A DNA stretch of 64,000 nucleotides from an uncultured SAR86 cluster bacterium (GCA_902614235.1 CACMKG010000002.1:17354-81353), one strand, 5' to 3'; numbered from the stretch's first letter, positions 1 to 9,372 are shown. A program made the numbers and translations. The notes: a model not told the origin generated them from the sequence alone.

Positions 1-166
1 GCAGCTTAGATAAGTTCAATGGCAGATCAAAATGTTTTTGCAAATAAGAAATAGCAGAAATTTTAGTATCGTTTGTGTATTTAATGATCAATTGGTTATG
101 ATCTTTCTCCAATAAAATTTGATTTTCTTTGCAATATTTGTAACTTAAATCGATTTCATTTTTCAT
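1..166 (-). CDS. gspE: Probable T2SS ATPase GspE, 5' fragment running off the window edge
   Basis: ATG at 166 follows the gspD stop. The open frame reads MKNEIDLSYKYCKENQILLEKDH... Identity rests on gspC-D-E gene order; no ATPase motif is visible in the fragment. Confidence 0.6.
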   Translation of the reverse strand, partial: MKNEIDLSYKYCKENQILLEKDHNQLIIKYTNDTKISAISYLQKHFDLPLNLSKL

Positions 167-173
167 CTGATTT

Positions 174-2066
174 TTAATTATTAATTAAGTCTTCTAATAC
201 CTTTAAATCAGGTGTGGGTCGCCCTCTTTTAGTTTTTAAAATTTGTTCAGCTTTTAAAAGGTTGTATTTCTCATTTGTAATCGTTTGCATGTCTGTTACA
301 TCTCGAACAATAGTTGGTTTCAAGAAGACAACTAAATTCTTTTTTGATCTTGAAGTCGTAGTAGATTTAAACAACCTACCTAATAAGGGAATATCTCCTA
401 ATAATGGGACTTTTCTCTCTGATTCCTGCACGTCATCGCTTATCAAACCACCCAAAACAATAATCTCACTATCTTCTACCATCACGGCCGTTTTAATTTC
501 TCTTTTATTTGTAGCTATTTCGGAAGCTCCAATCAACAAAGGTCCAAACACGCTTGATACTTCTTGTTCTATATCTAACCGAATGGAGTTTCCCTCATTA
601 ATTTGTGGTTTAACAAGTAACTTGACGCCAACTTCTTCTCTGCTGACCGTTCTAAAAGGATTTGTATTGTCAGAACCTAAAGATTCTCCAGTTGTGATTG
701 GTATTTCTTGGCCAACTATAATTGAGGATTCTTCGTTATCCATTGTGAGAATAGAAGGAGTTGATAACACATTAGAATCTGTATCTTTTCGAAGAACATT
801 AAGAATTGCAGCAAAACTTTTTCCATCCTTTTTATATTTTCCAACTCCAGCAGCGAATCCATCTAAGGTTAATAGTGATTGTGCTGAAATTGGAATAGAA
901 GATGAACCGGACGTAGTATCGTAAACTTCTCCTCCTACAATCGCAGTTAGATCAGGATTTGGGTTTCCAAATCGTTGAGAAACAATTGGGGTATCAGACC
1001 CATCGCCCGAGAAAAGGATTTGAACACCGAGCTCTTTTGCTAAAGTATCTGAAATTTCTACAATAATAGCCTCCACCAAAACTTGGGCTCTTTTGATATC
1101 TAAGCTTGCAATAACATCTTCAATTGCTGTCATTACTTCAGGGTCGGCAGAGATTACTAGTGAATTGGTACCTTCATGTGCTTCGATGCTAGTTGTTATT
1201 TTACTGGTACTTCTATCTTGTGCTGTTAAATTTTCTGATAAATTCTTTAAAATCTTTTCGAGAGACTTTGCATCGGCATATTTAAGATATTTCACTTTCA
1301 GGGTGCTTGAACCACTTTGCTCGGTATCTAAATTCTGTATGAGATTTTTCATCCTATCCACTATAGGTTCGTCTCCAACCAAAAGGATGCTATTGCTTCG
1401 ATCAATTGAATATGAAGTGAATTGATTGGGATTCATTCCTCCTGAATTATCATTGAAAATTTTATCAATTATCTTTGAGACTTCTTTTGAGGAAGAATAA
1501 TTAAGTTTGATAAACTCATATTTTTCACCAGGTGTTTTGTCAAGTTCATTAATAATGCCTCTTAACTTTTCTACATTTCCAGCTCGGTCTGCAATTATCA
1601 GCGAATTAGTCGGCTCATAAACTGCCAGATGACCCTGCGAAGAAATAATCGGCCTCAATAGTGAAATTAAAGAGTTCACTGAAGCAAATTTAGGTTTAAT
1701 AATATCTGTCACAAAGGAGTCAGCTGGGCTATTTGACCTAGGGAATGTATTAAAGGCTTGCCTTCCGATAATCTCAGGAACTATTTTAGTAGCGTTATCT
1801 TGTTCTACAGCAGCATATCCATGCACAGCTAAAACAGAGAGCATAACTTCATAGGCTTCATCAATGGATAAATCCTCACGAGAAATTATTGTTATTTTTG
1901 CATTTATTCTTGGGTCGACTATAAAAGTCTTACCCGTTAAAGATGAAATATCAGATATAAAAGCTCTGATATCAGCATCACGCATATTAATAGTAACGGC
2001 ATGGCTATATAGAGATAGTATAAGCGTCAGAGTCGCGCAAAATTTTAAGTAATTTCTTAAATACAT
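174..2066 (-). CDS. gspD: Type II secretion secretin GspD
   Basis: Signal peptide; N0 domain INMRDADIRAFI...GKTFIVDPRI; secretin motifs QVLVEAIIVE and KVPLLGDIPLLGRLFKS. Confidence 0.96.
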   Translation of the reverse strand: MYLRNYLKFCATLTLILSLYSHAVTINMRDADIRAFISDISSLTGKTFIVDPRINAKITIISREDLSIDEAYEVMLSVLAVHGYAAVEQDNATKIVPEIIGRQAFNTFPRSNSPADSFVTDIIKPKFASVNSLISLLRPIISSQGHLAVYEPTNSLIIADRAGNVEKLRGIINELDKTPGEKYEFIKLNYSSSKEVSKIIDKIFNDNSGGMNPNQFTSYSIDRSNSILLVGDEPIVDRMKNLIQNLDTEQSGSSTLKVKYLKYADAKSLEKILKNLSENLTAQDRSTSKITTSIEAHEGTNSLVISADPEVMTAIEDVIASLDIKRAQVLVEAIIVEISDTLAKELGVQILFSGDGSDTPIVSQRFGNPNPDLTAIVGGEVYDTTSGSSSIPISAQSLLTLDGFAAGVGKYKKDGKSFAAILNVLRKDTDSNVLSTPSILTMDNEESSIIVGQEIPITTGESLGSDNTNPFRTVSREEVGVKLLVKPQINEGNSIRLDIEQEVSSVFGPLLIGASEIATNKREIKTAVMVEDSEIIVLGGLISDDVQESERKVPLLGDIPLLGRLFKSTTTSRSKKNLVVFLKPTIVRDVTDMQTITNEKYNLLKAEQILKTKRGRPTPDLKVLEDLINN

Positions 2067-2073
2067 ATTTTGT

Positions 2074-2904
2074 TTAATTTACTTTTATACCGATTGAAAT
2101 TGGATTGTTATCTCTCAAAATCGAAAGATTAAGATCCCTGGCTTCACTGAAAAAAGTCTCTAGGTTTGAAAGGTAATTTTCATTTAGATCAGAGACTAGA
2201 GCACCATTTATTGAAACAAGAACATCTCCTGGCATAAGATCTAAGTTAACCAAAAAGTCTTTATTTTCTCCAGGATTGACTTCCAGTCCAGACAAAGTAC
2301 CGTTTGAAAAAATTGGAACAAAAGAAATCGCTTCAAGAATATTTTGATTTGATAACCACTCCGCAGAAATTATATTGTCATTTTTATTTGCAGGATTCTT
2401 TAAAATTTCAGTTTCTATTCCAGAAATTAGGTTCGGTTTATTAAATGAAAGACTCTCTGCAACCCCAGATCTATTGATCGTTACATAATCTTTATGTATC
2501 GACTCTAAAAAAACATTATCTAAGATGCGATCTCCTGTCTGATACTCTTTTTGATCTGATTTACTTAGGCCAATGATTGCAAAATTTTTATCCTCGGAGG
2601 AAGTCACGCCAAATAACTTCAAAGATAATGATGTTTCTGGAGCTTTGATAGCGTTTAAAAGAGCATTGGAATTTTCTTTAGATTCATAATTTGACAAGAA
2701 AGGATTTCGATCTATCTTTTTGATTTGGATCTTTGCGGCGGTGGACTGATTTAGAACGGGTGTGTCAGCAAAGATTATTTCTAAAACTACATTTGAAGTC
2801 TCAAAAGAAAATATTAAAACAACGATAGCAATAGCAATTGTTTTGGCCTTTTTAGAAACGAAATCAGCGATTTCATTGTAAATATTAAAAAAATTTATAT
2901 TCAT
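2074..2904 (-). CDS. gspC: Type II secretion protein GspC (TM, HR and PDZ domains)
   Basis: APETSLSLKLFGV HR motif, C-terminal PDZ-like LMPGDVLVSING, directly upstream of gspD. Confidence 0.88.
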   Translation of the reverse strand: MNINFFNIYNEIADFVSKKAKTIAIAIVVLIFSFETSNVVLEIIFADTPVLNQSTAAKIQIKKIDRNPFLSNYESKENSNALLNAIKAPETSLSLKLFGVTSSEDKNFAIIGLSKSDQKEYQTGDRILDNVFLESIHKDYVTINRSGVAESLSFNKPNLISGIETEILKNPANKNDNIISAEWLSNQNILEAISFVPIFSNGTLSGLEVNPGENKDFLVNLDLMPGDVLVSINGALVSDLNENYLSNLETFFSEARDLNLSILRDNNPISIGIKVN

Positions 2905-2965
2905 AATTTAAATATACTAGTTTGACCTTTAGCGGATATATTATCTACTAAATATGCGATTTTGA

Positions 2966-2983
2966 ATGACAATTAAGTGACAA
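2966..2983 (-). promoter_or_regulatory. Pho-box-like direct repeat between divergent gspC and the prepilin peptidase gene
   Basis: Minus strand TTGTCAC-TTAA-TTGTCAT with 11-bp period, close to the PhoB consensus CTGTCAT-N4-CTGTCAC. Confidence 0.7.
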
Positions 2984-3001
2984 TTTGAATATTATAATTT
3001 T

Positions 3002-3751
3002 ATGGAAATTTTATATGCTTTCTTGCTAGGACTTATATTTGGAAGCTTTCTCAATAGCTTGTCATATCGCATGCCTATTATCCTTAATTATCGTAATGCT
3101 TTGAAGGAGTTTCCAGATATGGGACTTTCTTTTCCCAGGTCGTTTTGTCCAAATTGCAAAACACCTTTATCAGTATTTTCGCTCATACCGGTTTTAAGTT
3201 TTTTTATTCAAATGGGCAAATGTAAATCTTGCAAACAAAGTATTTCAATCAGTTACCCTTTTTTCGAAATTTTGCTTGGAATTTTATTTGCTTTAATTTT
3301 GATCAAAGCAGGCTCGATAAATTATATCTTTCTTTTAGATTGTCTTTTTATTTTTACCTTAATCTTAATAGCTCGCTTGGACGAAATTTTTTTCAAAATT
3401 CCCTTCTCGCTTAATTTAATCGTTTTTTTTAATGGAATTCTTACCAATTTTTATTTCACTTCTTTAGGCCTAGGGTTTGTCTCTTTCTTGATATGCCTTG
3501 CCGTGTTATCTGCTATCAAATTTTTAGCAGACTATATATTGAAGAAAGATTCTTTTGGTTGGGGGGATATAATATTGATATCTAATCTATCTCTGTTTTT
3601 TGGTATCTACAATTTACCCTTTATTTTATTTGTCTCTTCTTTATCAGGAATAATTTGGTATTTTTTTAAAAAAAGAAATGTTTCAGAAAAAACTATTGCT
3701 TTTGGTCCGCACATTACTTTGTCTGGAATCTGGTTGTTATTTATTCTTTAA
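3002..3751 (+). CDS. gspO: Prepilin peptidase, A24 family (GspO/PilD-like)
   Basis: GSFLN...RMP, PRSFCPNC, GKCKSC Zn-binding cysteines, FGWGD catalytic motif, IAFGP. Confidence 0.9.
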   Translation: MEILYAFLLGLIFGSFLNSLSYRMPIILNYRNALKEFPDMGLSFPRSFCPNCKTPLSVFSLIPVLSFFIQMGKCKSCKQSISISYPFFEILLGILFALILIKAGSINYIFLLDCLFIFTLILIARLDEIFFKIPFSLNLIVFFNGILTNFYFTSLGLGFVSFLICLAVLSAIKFLADYILKKDSFGWGDIILISNLSLFFGIYNLPFILFVSSLSGIIWYFFKKRNVSEKTIAFGPHITLSGIWLLFIL

Positions 3752-3758
3752 ATTAATT

Positions 3759-5009
3759 TTATACACCAAAAATTATTCTTAATAAAATATAGAAGAGAAT
3801 TGTAAATGCCGCACCAGTAGGAATAGTTACTAACCAAGAAGCAATTATTCTCCTTATCGAAGCATAATCTAAGTGTTCTGCGCCTTTAGCTAGCCCAACG
3901 CCTATAACTCCACCGACCAGTGTATGTGTAGTTGAAATAGGAAACCCAAGATAAGTCGCAGCAACAACAGTAGACGCTGTAGCCATTTCCGCGGAGAAGC
4001 CAAGACTAGGTGTTAGAGCTGTAATTTTTTTTCCGACTGTTGAGATGACCCTAGAACCTAGAGTTGCTAAACCAAAAACGATCCCAATACCTCCAACAAG
4101 TAAAACCCATGGGCTGATCGAAGATTTAGATCCTATTTCGCCAGTATCCACTACACTTACAACTGCTGCCAAAGGTCCAATTGCATTTGCAACATCATTT
4201 GAACCATGAGCAAAAGCCATAGCGCTAGCAGAAACTATCATCAGCAATCCAAATGCAAATTCAATGCCGCCTTCTCTCATTATTTGATCTTTATTCCTTC
4301 TTAAAAAAAATGCTGTTCCAGTTGCAACAATAATGCTAAAAATTAAAATAAATAAATAAATTTCATTTTCTGAAAATTCTATTCCTACATGTTTAAGACC
4401 TTTCCTTGCTGTGACGAGTGAAATAACGACTGCTACTAGAAAACTATATAATGGAATAAAAGTGATAGCTGCTTTTCCAGGATTGGCTCTATCTAAAATT
4501 AATTTTTTTGCAGATATATAGAGTCCAAAAGCTAAAGTTCCAGAAAATAAAGGGGAAGTTACCCAACTCATTGCTATATTACCAACCTTGCCCCAAGATA
4601 CAGCATCTACTCCCTTAGAAATTAGTACGAAACCAATAATAGCTCCCACTATTGAGTGAGTAGTAGAAACAGGCCAGCCTCTTAAACTCGCGATAAACAA
4701 CCAAGTACCTCCTGCTAAAAGAGCAGATATCATGCCCATTACAAATATATTTACATCATTGGTATATAGATTTGGATCTACGATGCCTTTTCTAATTGTA
4801 GAAGTTACTTCTCCACCTGCTAAAAAAGCTCCTAAAAATTCAAAAATAGCCGCAATTATTACTGCTTGTTTAAGGGTTATAGCTTTGCTTCCTACAGAAG
4901 TCCCCATGGAGTTTGCAACATCGTTAGCACCAATGCCGAAAGCCATAAAAAAACCAATAAATCCTGCAATCAAAAGTATATTAAAAGGATCCAAAAACAA
5001 AGTTTCCAT
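3759..5009 (-). CDS. pit: Inorganic phosphate transporter, PiT family
   Basis: GANDVANSMGT and HGSNDVANAIGP signature repeats; PVSTTH and PISTTH motifs. Confidence 0.96.
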   Translation of the reverse strand: METLFLDPFNILLIAGFIGFFMAFGIGANDVANSMGTSVGSKAITLKQAVIIAAIFEFLGAFLAGGEVTSTIRKGIVDPNLYTNDVNIFVMGMISALLAGGTWLFIASLRGWPVSTTHSIVGAIIGFVLISKGVDAVSWGKVGNIAMSWVTSPLFSGTLAFGLYISAKKLILDRANPGKAAITFIPLYSFLVAVVISLVTARKGLKHVGIEFSENEIYLFILIFSIIVATGTAFFLRRNKDQIMREGGIEFAFGLLMIVSASAMAFAHGSNDVANAIGPLAAVVSVVDTGEIGSKSSISPWVLLVGGIGIVFGLATLGSRVISTVGKKITALTPSLGFSAEMATASTVVAATYLGFPISTTHTLVGGVIGVGLAKGAEHLDYASIRRIIASWLVTIPTGAAFTILFYILLRIIFGV

Positions 5010-5034
5010 ATTGAGAGTCTCTAAATTAAAAATA

Positions 5035-5079
5035 ATTTTACTACAAAATTGTTGAGAAACTGTTGCCTTAATGTGACTT
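5035..5079 (-). promoter_or_regulatory. Putative PhoB-dependent promoter of pit (degenerate boxes)
   Basis: Minus strand AAGTCAC-N4-AGGCAAC-N4-TCTCAAC, then 10 nt, then TAAAAT. Same spacing as the promoters at 9204 and 16455. Confidence 0.5.
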
Positions 5080-5178
5080 AATTTTAGATATAAAAGTAAA
5101 ATTTAGATGAAATAGTGAATAATTCAAATCCTTGCAATTTATGGATAAATTAAAAGACTTAGTTTTTTTCAGAAATAT

Positions 5179-5304
5179 TTATGAAAAATAAAGAACTGCC
5201 ACCAAAACTATCCATAAAGAAATAAAACCAAATATAATCATCTCTTGTAATTGAGACTTTGCAGGTATTAATCTTTGATCTTTAAGAACAGTTTTAGTAT
5301 TCAT
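5179..5304 (-). CDS. Small 41-aa single-pass membrane protein, missing from the ORF track
   Basis: MNTKTVLKDQRLIPAKSQLQEMIIFGFISLWIVLVAVLYFS*; C-terminal hydrophobic helix; Pho-like repeats immediately upstream. Confidence 0.55.
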   Translation of the reverse strand: MNTKTVLKDQRLIPAKSQLQEMIIFGFISLWIVLVAVLYFS

Positions 5305-5311
5305 ATCTTTT

Positions 5312-5340
5312 TTGTAACTTAAATGACACTTTTATGTCAC
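5312..5340. promoter_or_regulatory. Triple 11-bp-period Pho-box-like array
   Basis: Minus strand GTGACAT-AAAA-GTGTCAT-TTAA-GTTACAA, ending 7 nt before the ATG at 5304. Confidence 0.65.
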
Positions 5341-5545
5341 ATAATAGACACAATAGACTAATTTTATATAAAAAACTAGCATTTTTTTTAAAACTATAAA
5401 ATTTAAATATTTTAAAATTTAATTCAATTCCAATTTCAGTTTAGTCCTTAGGCTGATAAGAAATAGATTTATCCAGAACAATAAAAGGCAAAGGTAAGAA
5501 TTAATGGATATGAGTGTTTGAATTATTAGATATAAACTCTATAAG

Positions 5546-6667
5546 TTATCTAGGAACAGTTAAGGCATCAAGTACATCTTTGAAAGAGACAATTTTGAAG
5601 TTTTGTCTTTTAGTTTCATACCCATCTTTATTAAAACCATCTTGTGCAATCATAATACCTTCTGGATACTCATCACTCAGTTTAAAGTTGATTGTTTCTA
5701 TACCGTCAGTATCAGTAACATTATCTATACTTTTTGAAGAGCCTATTCTAAAACTGGTTATATAATCATATGGATAATTCCTATCATACAAATTAAATTT
5801 ACTATCTCCTTGGGAGGATAAAATTAAATAACCAGAATTGTTTGATGTTTTATATAAAGATACACCCTCTGGGTCGCCACCAATTTGACCTTCTCTAGAA
5901 TCGACAATATATGGCTCAGAGAAATCAAAACTATCATCGAGTCTATAAGCTTTTAAAACCCCTCTTACTTCTTCTTCTGATATAAAAAGAGTCCTATTGA
6001 AATCATCATAAACACACCCTTCCGATTCTCCACCATTATTAAAAGTTGTTATAAGATCGAGGCCATTTTCAGTCAGGTTCCATACTTCAACTCGCGGACC
6101 GGTGTCTTCTGTTAAAAAAGCAACTAATCCATACTTTGGATCGATTCCAGCGCATATACCGTATACGATAATATTTGATTTACCTCTAAATGATGGTTTT
6201 GATGGGACTTCCCATAAATTATTTTTAAGTTTTTGTCTTATTTTATTATCTTCAAATACCCATAAATCTACCGATCCTAATGTTCTATTAGACCCAAAAA
6301 GGAAAGTAAAATCAGAGACATTCTCATCGTCTCCAAGATTCATACTTCTTGTATCAACATTATTAATCCTACCAAGATTTGTATAGCTCAACTCTTGTCC
6401 TTGAAGATTGTAACTATAAATTCCGCTTTTTTTATCAGTTCCAAAGATAATTGAATTTGAAGGATTATTTTTATTTACCCATATTGCAGGATCATCAGCT
6501 GCATCTCCCTCAGTTATAACTGGCGGTGTCTCGTAAATTGCCTCAACCTCAACATAATCTGCAAAAGTAAAAGTAGAAAGGAAAAAGGCAAGTATGAAAC
6601 TTGCCTTTTTAGGGAGAATATAATTTTTAGTACTTATAAGTGAAACCAATTGTCGCACTTCTACCAT
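5546..6667 (-). CDS. Beta-propeller phytase (3-phytase, PhyC-type); start codon uncertain
   Basis: DAADDPAIWVN, GTDKKSG, NNVD, ESEGCVYDD, DPEG, SSQGD and TDGIE motifs; signal peptide KKASFILAFFLSTFTFA-D. The track start at 6727 lies deep inside the receptor gene; alternatives include ATG 6667 and TTG 6649. Confidence 0.9.
   Translation of the reverse strand: MVEVRQLVSLISTKNYILPKKASFILAFFLSTFTFADYVEVEAIYETPPVITEGDAADDPAIWVNKNNPSNSIIFGTDKKSGIYSYNLQGQELSYTNLGRINNVDTRSMNLGDDENVSDFTFLFGSNRTLGSVDLWVFEDNKIRQKLKNNLWEVPSKPSFRGKSNIIVYGICAGIDPKYGLVAFLTEDTGPRVEVWNLTENGLDLITTFNNGGESEGCVYDDFNRTLFISEEEVRGVLKAYRLDDSFDFSEPYIVDSREGQIGGDPEGVSLYKTSNNSGYLILSSQGDSKFNLYDRNYPYDYITSFRIGSSKSIDNVTDTDGIETINFKLSDEYPEGIMIAQDGFNKDGYETKRQNFKIVSFKDVLDALTVPR
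6582..6610 (-). terminator. Intrinsic terminator-like hairpin after the TonB receptor, inside the phytase signal-peptide codons
   Basis: Perfect 12-bp inverted repeat AAAAAGGCAAGT-N5-ACTTGCCTTTTT. Confidence 0.7.
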
Positions 6668-9179
6668 ATTCATCATATTGAGAAAGTCTTGAAGGATTGC
6701 CCCAATAATAGAATTCTGGTTCGTCATTTATATTAATTAAGTCTAATTTAAGAGTTAAATTATCATTCAAATAATATTTGGCTGTAAAGTCTATTTGCGA
6801 ATGATCGTCAGTAAATCTGATATTGTCATAATTTAGATTATCTACAGTAGTTTCTATATCATCATCAGCAAGATAATCTAAGTAATCGCTTCTTTGAGCT
6901 AACGAGAGTCTCATGTCAACTTTTCCTTTGTCGTACCCAATTGATAAATTTCTTGTGCTATCAGCGAGTTTTCTAAATGGAACGGTAAACACACCGGCAG
7001 CGCTAGGAACATCACTTTCAGCGTCAACTTCAGTTAAATTTAATGAGATGAATAAACCATCAAATGGTTCAGGAAGATTCACAAATTCACTGAAAAAATT
7101 GAATTCAATTCCATCAACTGTTGACTTTTCACTGTTAATGTATGTTTCTAATTCGCTAAAGTTAATCCCTCCAACAACACCTGCTGTAACTTGAGGATAA
7201 ATAGCATTTTTAACATCTTTCCTAAAATAACCTATTGATACTGCGCCATTTTCATAATATCTTTCAAAGCTAAGATCTAGATTTGTAGATTCATATGGTT
7301 CTAAGTCAGGATTACCCATTTCTCCCTTATAAATTGTACTTCCATCCGCTGCAGTTCCATCCGATTTAAAGTCTGCTACGGGAGCAGTTTCACCAAATCC
7401 AGGTCTAGATAAAGATCGAAAAATTGCACCACGAACTATTGTGTCGTCATTGACGAAGTATTTTACGTTTACACTTGGTGATACGAATGTGTAATTTTTA
7501 GAAGCTCTAATAGTAGAGTCATCTTCTTTATTGTATCCAAGTGTATCAAATGAAGTGTCCTCTGCCCTTAGACCAGCAATCACAACTGCATTTTCAAATT
7601 CCATTGTGCCCATTAAATAAAGTGCTGTGATATCTTCTTCAGAAACAAAATCTTTGTCAAAGTTAGGTTTTGCATAGTTATTTGTTAATGAACCAAATGT
7701 GCCCTGAAGAGCGAAGATTGTTGCAGGATCTGCCATGGGACCAAAAACATTTGGCCAAGGCCAGTTAACTGGTGTAGTAATTGGATTGTAATTTGATTGA
7801 GAAGTACCAGGATCCGAAGCGAAACCTGAAACAGTTTTTTCTTTTTCTCGAGTGCTATATTTGAAGCCAAATTTTAAAGTCGTTGGAACATCAGAAACCG
7901 TAAAACCTTCTTTTGTAAAATCAGCCTGAAATGATGATATTGTGTCATCAATTACAGAATCTTCCTCTTCAATCTCATCTACTCCCATGCTTGCTGGATC
8001 ATAAATATTTCCAGCCCCAGTAGTAATTGCAGTAGCTAGAGTCATACGTGGTATTTGAGGATTTGAATAATCAAAAGATCCGCAAGGTCCTCCACAAGCA
8101 GCTGCCTTAAAGGTACTACTTCTAAACTTTGCATCAACATTGTCTGTATCATCTTCTTCAGCAAAAGAATTCGAAAATGCGAACTCTGCATCCCAGCCGT
8201 TGACTATTGTGTTACCACCTAGAATGAATGTTCTGATTGTTCTAACTTCCTCCCTAACTCTTACTTCTGCATCTCTTCTTATTTCTGTAATAGTGCTTCC
8301 TGTAGCAGTAACATTACTGTTTTTTAACTTCCCGTACTCGTCTTTATACCTGAGCTCATCATCCACGTATTCATTCCATAAAATATTTGCATACATAGAT
8401 GATTCATCATTGATCCTATAGTCAATGTCGTAAGTAATACCTAATCTTTCTCTGGTTAAATCATAATATCTGCTTTCAAAATCATCATCTATTGCAAAGT
8501 TTCCACCAGTGGCAGCCCAAGCAGGAAAACCGGTTTCATTGTTGTAAGTAATTACTTGTTTTTTAGAATAAGTAAGACCAATTATATGTCCTGCATTTTC
8601 ACTAATCAGATCTCCGTAGGTAAGGGAGATTTTAGGATTATCATTATTATATGTTTGATCGTTGTATTGGGTATTTACTTTTAGTTTTAAATACGTGCCA
8701 TCCAAGTCTAGAGCGCTTTTCGTATTGAACTCAACTCTTCCGCCAATAGAATCAAGATCTTGATCAGGAGTTAAAGATTTGTATACTTCAATAGAATCTA
8801 GAAGTTCTGTTGGTAGACCGTCAAGCATCACTTTTCTTCCACCTTCTGGTGCTGGAATAGTTGCGCCATTGACAGAAATGTTGTTTAAGTCTCCAGAAAG
8901 ACCTCTAACGGTAACATAACGGCCCTCACCTTGGTCGTTTTCAACTGAAATACCTGAGATTCTTCTTAGAGCCTCTGCAGCGGTAGTATCTGGAAATTCA
9001 CCTAAGGCATCTGAATCTATAACAGATAAAATCTGATTGGAATCCCTTTGCTTTTCTATAGCAGAGATGATGCTAGCTTTTGTTCCAACTACCAACAATT
9101 CCTCAGTAATTTCTGAGTCTTCTTGTGAAAATACAAAAGGGTTTGCAAAAATTAAAATAAATAAATATATTTTTTTCAT
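6627..9179 (-). CDS. TonB-dependent receptor, phytase-associated
   Basis: Plug motifs DALGEFPDTTAAEALRRISGISVENDQGEGRYVTVRGL and IEVYKSLTPDQD; GNPDLEPY; aromatic C-terminus. Start set at MKKIYLF because the -10 at 9204-9209 excludes 9200. Confidence 0.95.
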   Translation of the reverse strand: MKKIYLFILIFANPFVFSQEDSEITEELLVVGTKASIISAIEKQRDSNQILSVIDSDALGEFPDTTAAEALRRISGISVENDQGEGRYVTVRGLSGDLNNISVNGATIPAPEGGRKVMLDGLPTELLDSIEVYKSLTPDQDLDSIGGRVEFNTKSALDLDGTYLKLKVNTQYNDQTYNNDNPKISLTYGDLISENAGHIIGLTYSKKQVITYNNETGFPAWAATGGNFAIDDDFESRYYDLTRERLGITYDIDYRINDESSMYANILWNEYVDDELRYKDEYGKLKNSNVTATGSTITEIRRDAEVRVREEVRTIRTFILGGNTIVNGWDAEFAFSNSFAEEDDTDNVDAKFRSSTFKAAACGGPCGSFDYSNPQIPRMTLATAITTGAGNIYDPASMGVDEIEEEDSVIDDTISSFQADFTKEGFTVSDVPTTLKFGFKYSTREKEKTVSGFASDPGTSQSNYNPITTPVNWPWPNVFGPMADPATIFALQGTFGSLTNNYAKPNFDKDFVSEEDITALYLMGTMEFENAVVIAGLRAEDTSFDTLGYNKEDDSTIRASKNYTFVSPSVNVKYFVNDDTIVRGAIFRSLSRPGFGETAPVADFKSDGTAADGSTIYKGEMGNPDLEPYESTNLDLSFERYYENGAVSIGYFRKDVKNAIYPQVTAGVVGGINFSELETYINSEKSTVDGIEFNFFSEFVNLPEPFDGLFISLNLTEVDAESDVPSAAGVFTVPFRKLADSTRNLSIGYDKGKVDMRLSLAQRSDYLDYLADDDIETTVDNLNYDNIRFTDDHSQIDFTAKYYLNDNLTLKLDLININDEPEFYYWGNPSRLSQYDEYGRSATIGFTYKY

Positions 9180-9203
9180 AGTAATAATCCTTAATTCCAT
9201 ATA

Positions 9204-9237
9204 AATTTACAGGAAGATTGTTACAGAGATGTTACGA
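9204..9237 (-). promoter_or_regulatory. PhoB-activated promoter of the receptor-phytase operon
   Basis: Minus strand TCGTAAC-ATCT-CTGTAAC, then 10 nt, then TAAATT: canonical Pho box to -10 spacing. Confidence 0.8.
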
Positions 9238-9268
9238 ATAAAAAAATTAATGAGTAAATTTTAGCTGG

Positions 9269-9372
9269 AAAGAAATTTAAAAATAAAGAATCCTTATTTT
9301 ATTTCTCTAAATTGAAAAATAATACACGACAAAATTGCTGTGAAACTATTGTCCCAGTGTGACTAAATTTAA
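9269..9372 (-). repeat. Diverged copy of the pit promoter and first codons (matches 4983-5086)
   Basis: Colinear at offset 4286, e.g. caaaattgctgtgaaactattgtcccagtgtgact versus caaaattgttgagaaactgttgccttaatgtgact. Confidence 0.8.

Noticed and set aside
214-924. 236-aa plus-strand ORF and the many other short antisense or out-of-frame ORFs in the track
   Set aside because: They lie wholly within well-supported genes and carry no motifs; treated as shadow ORFs.
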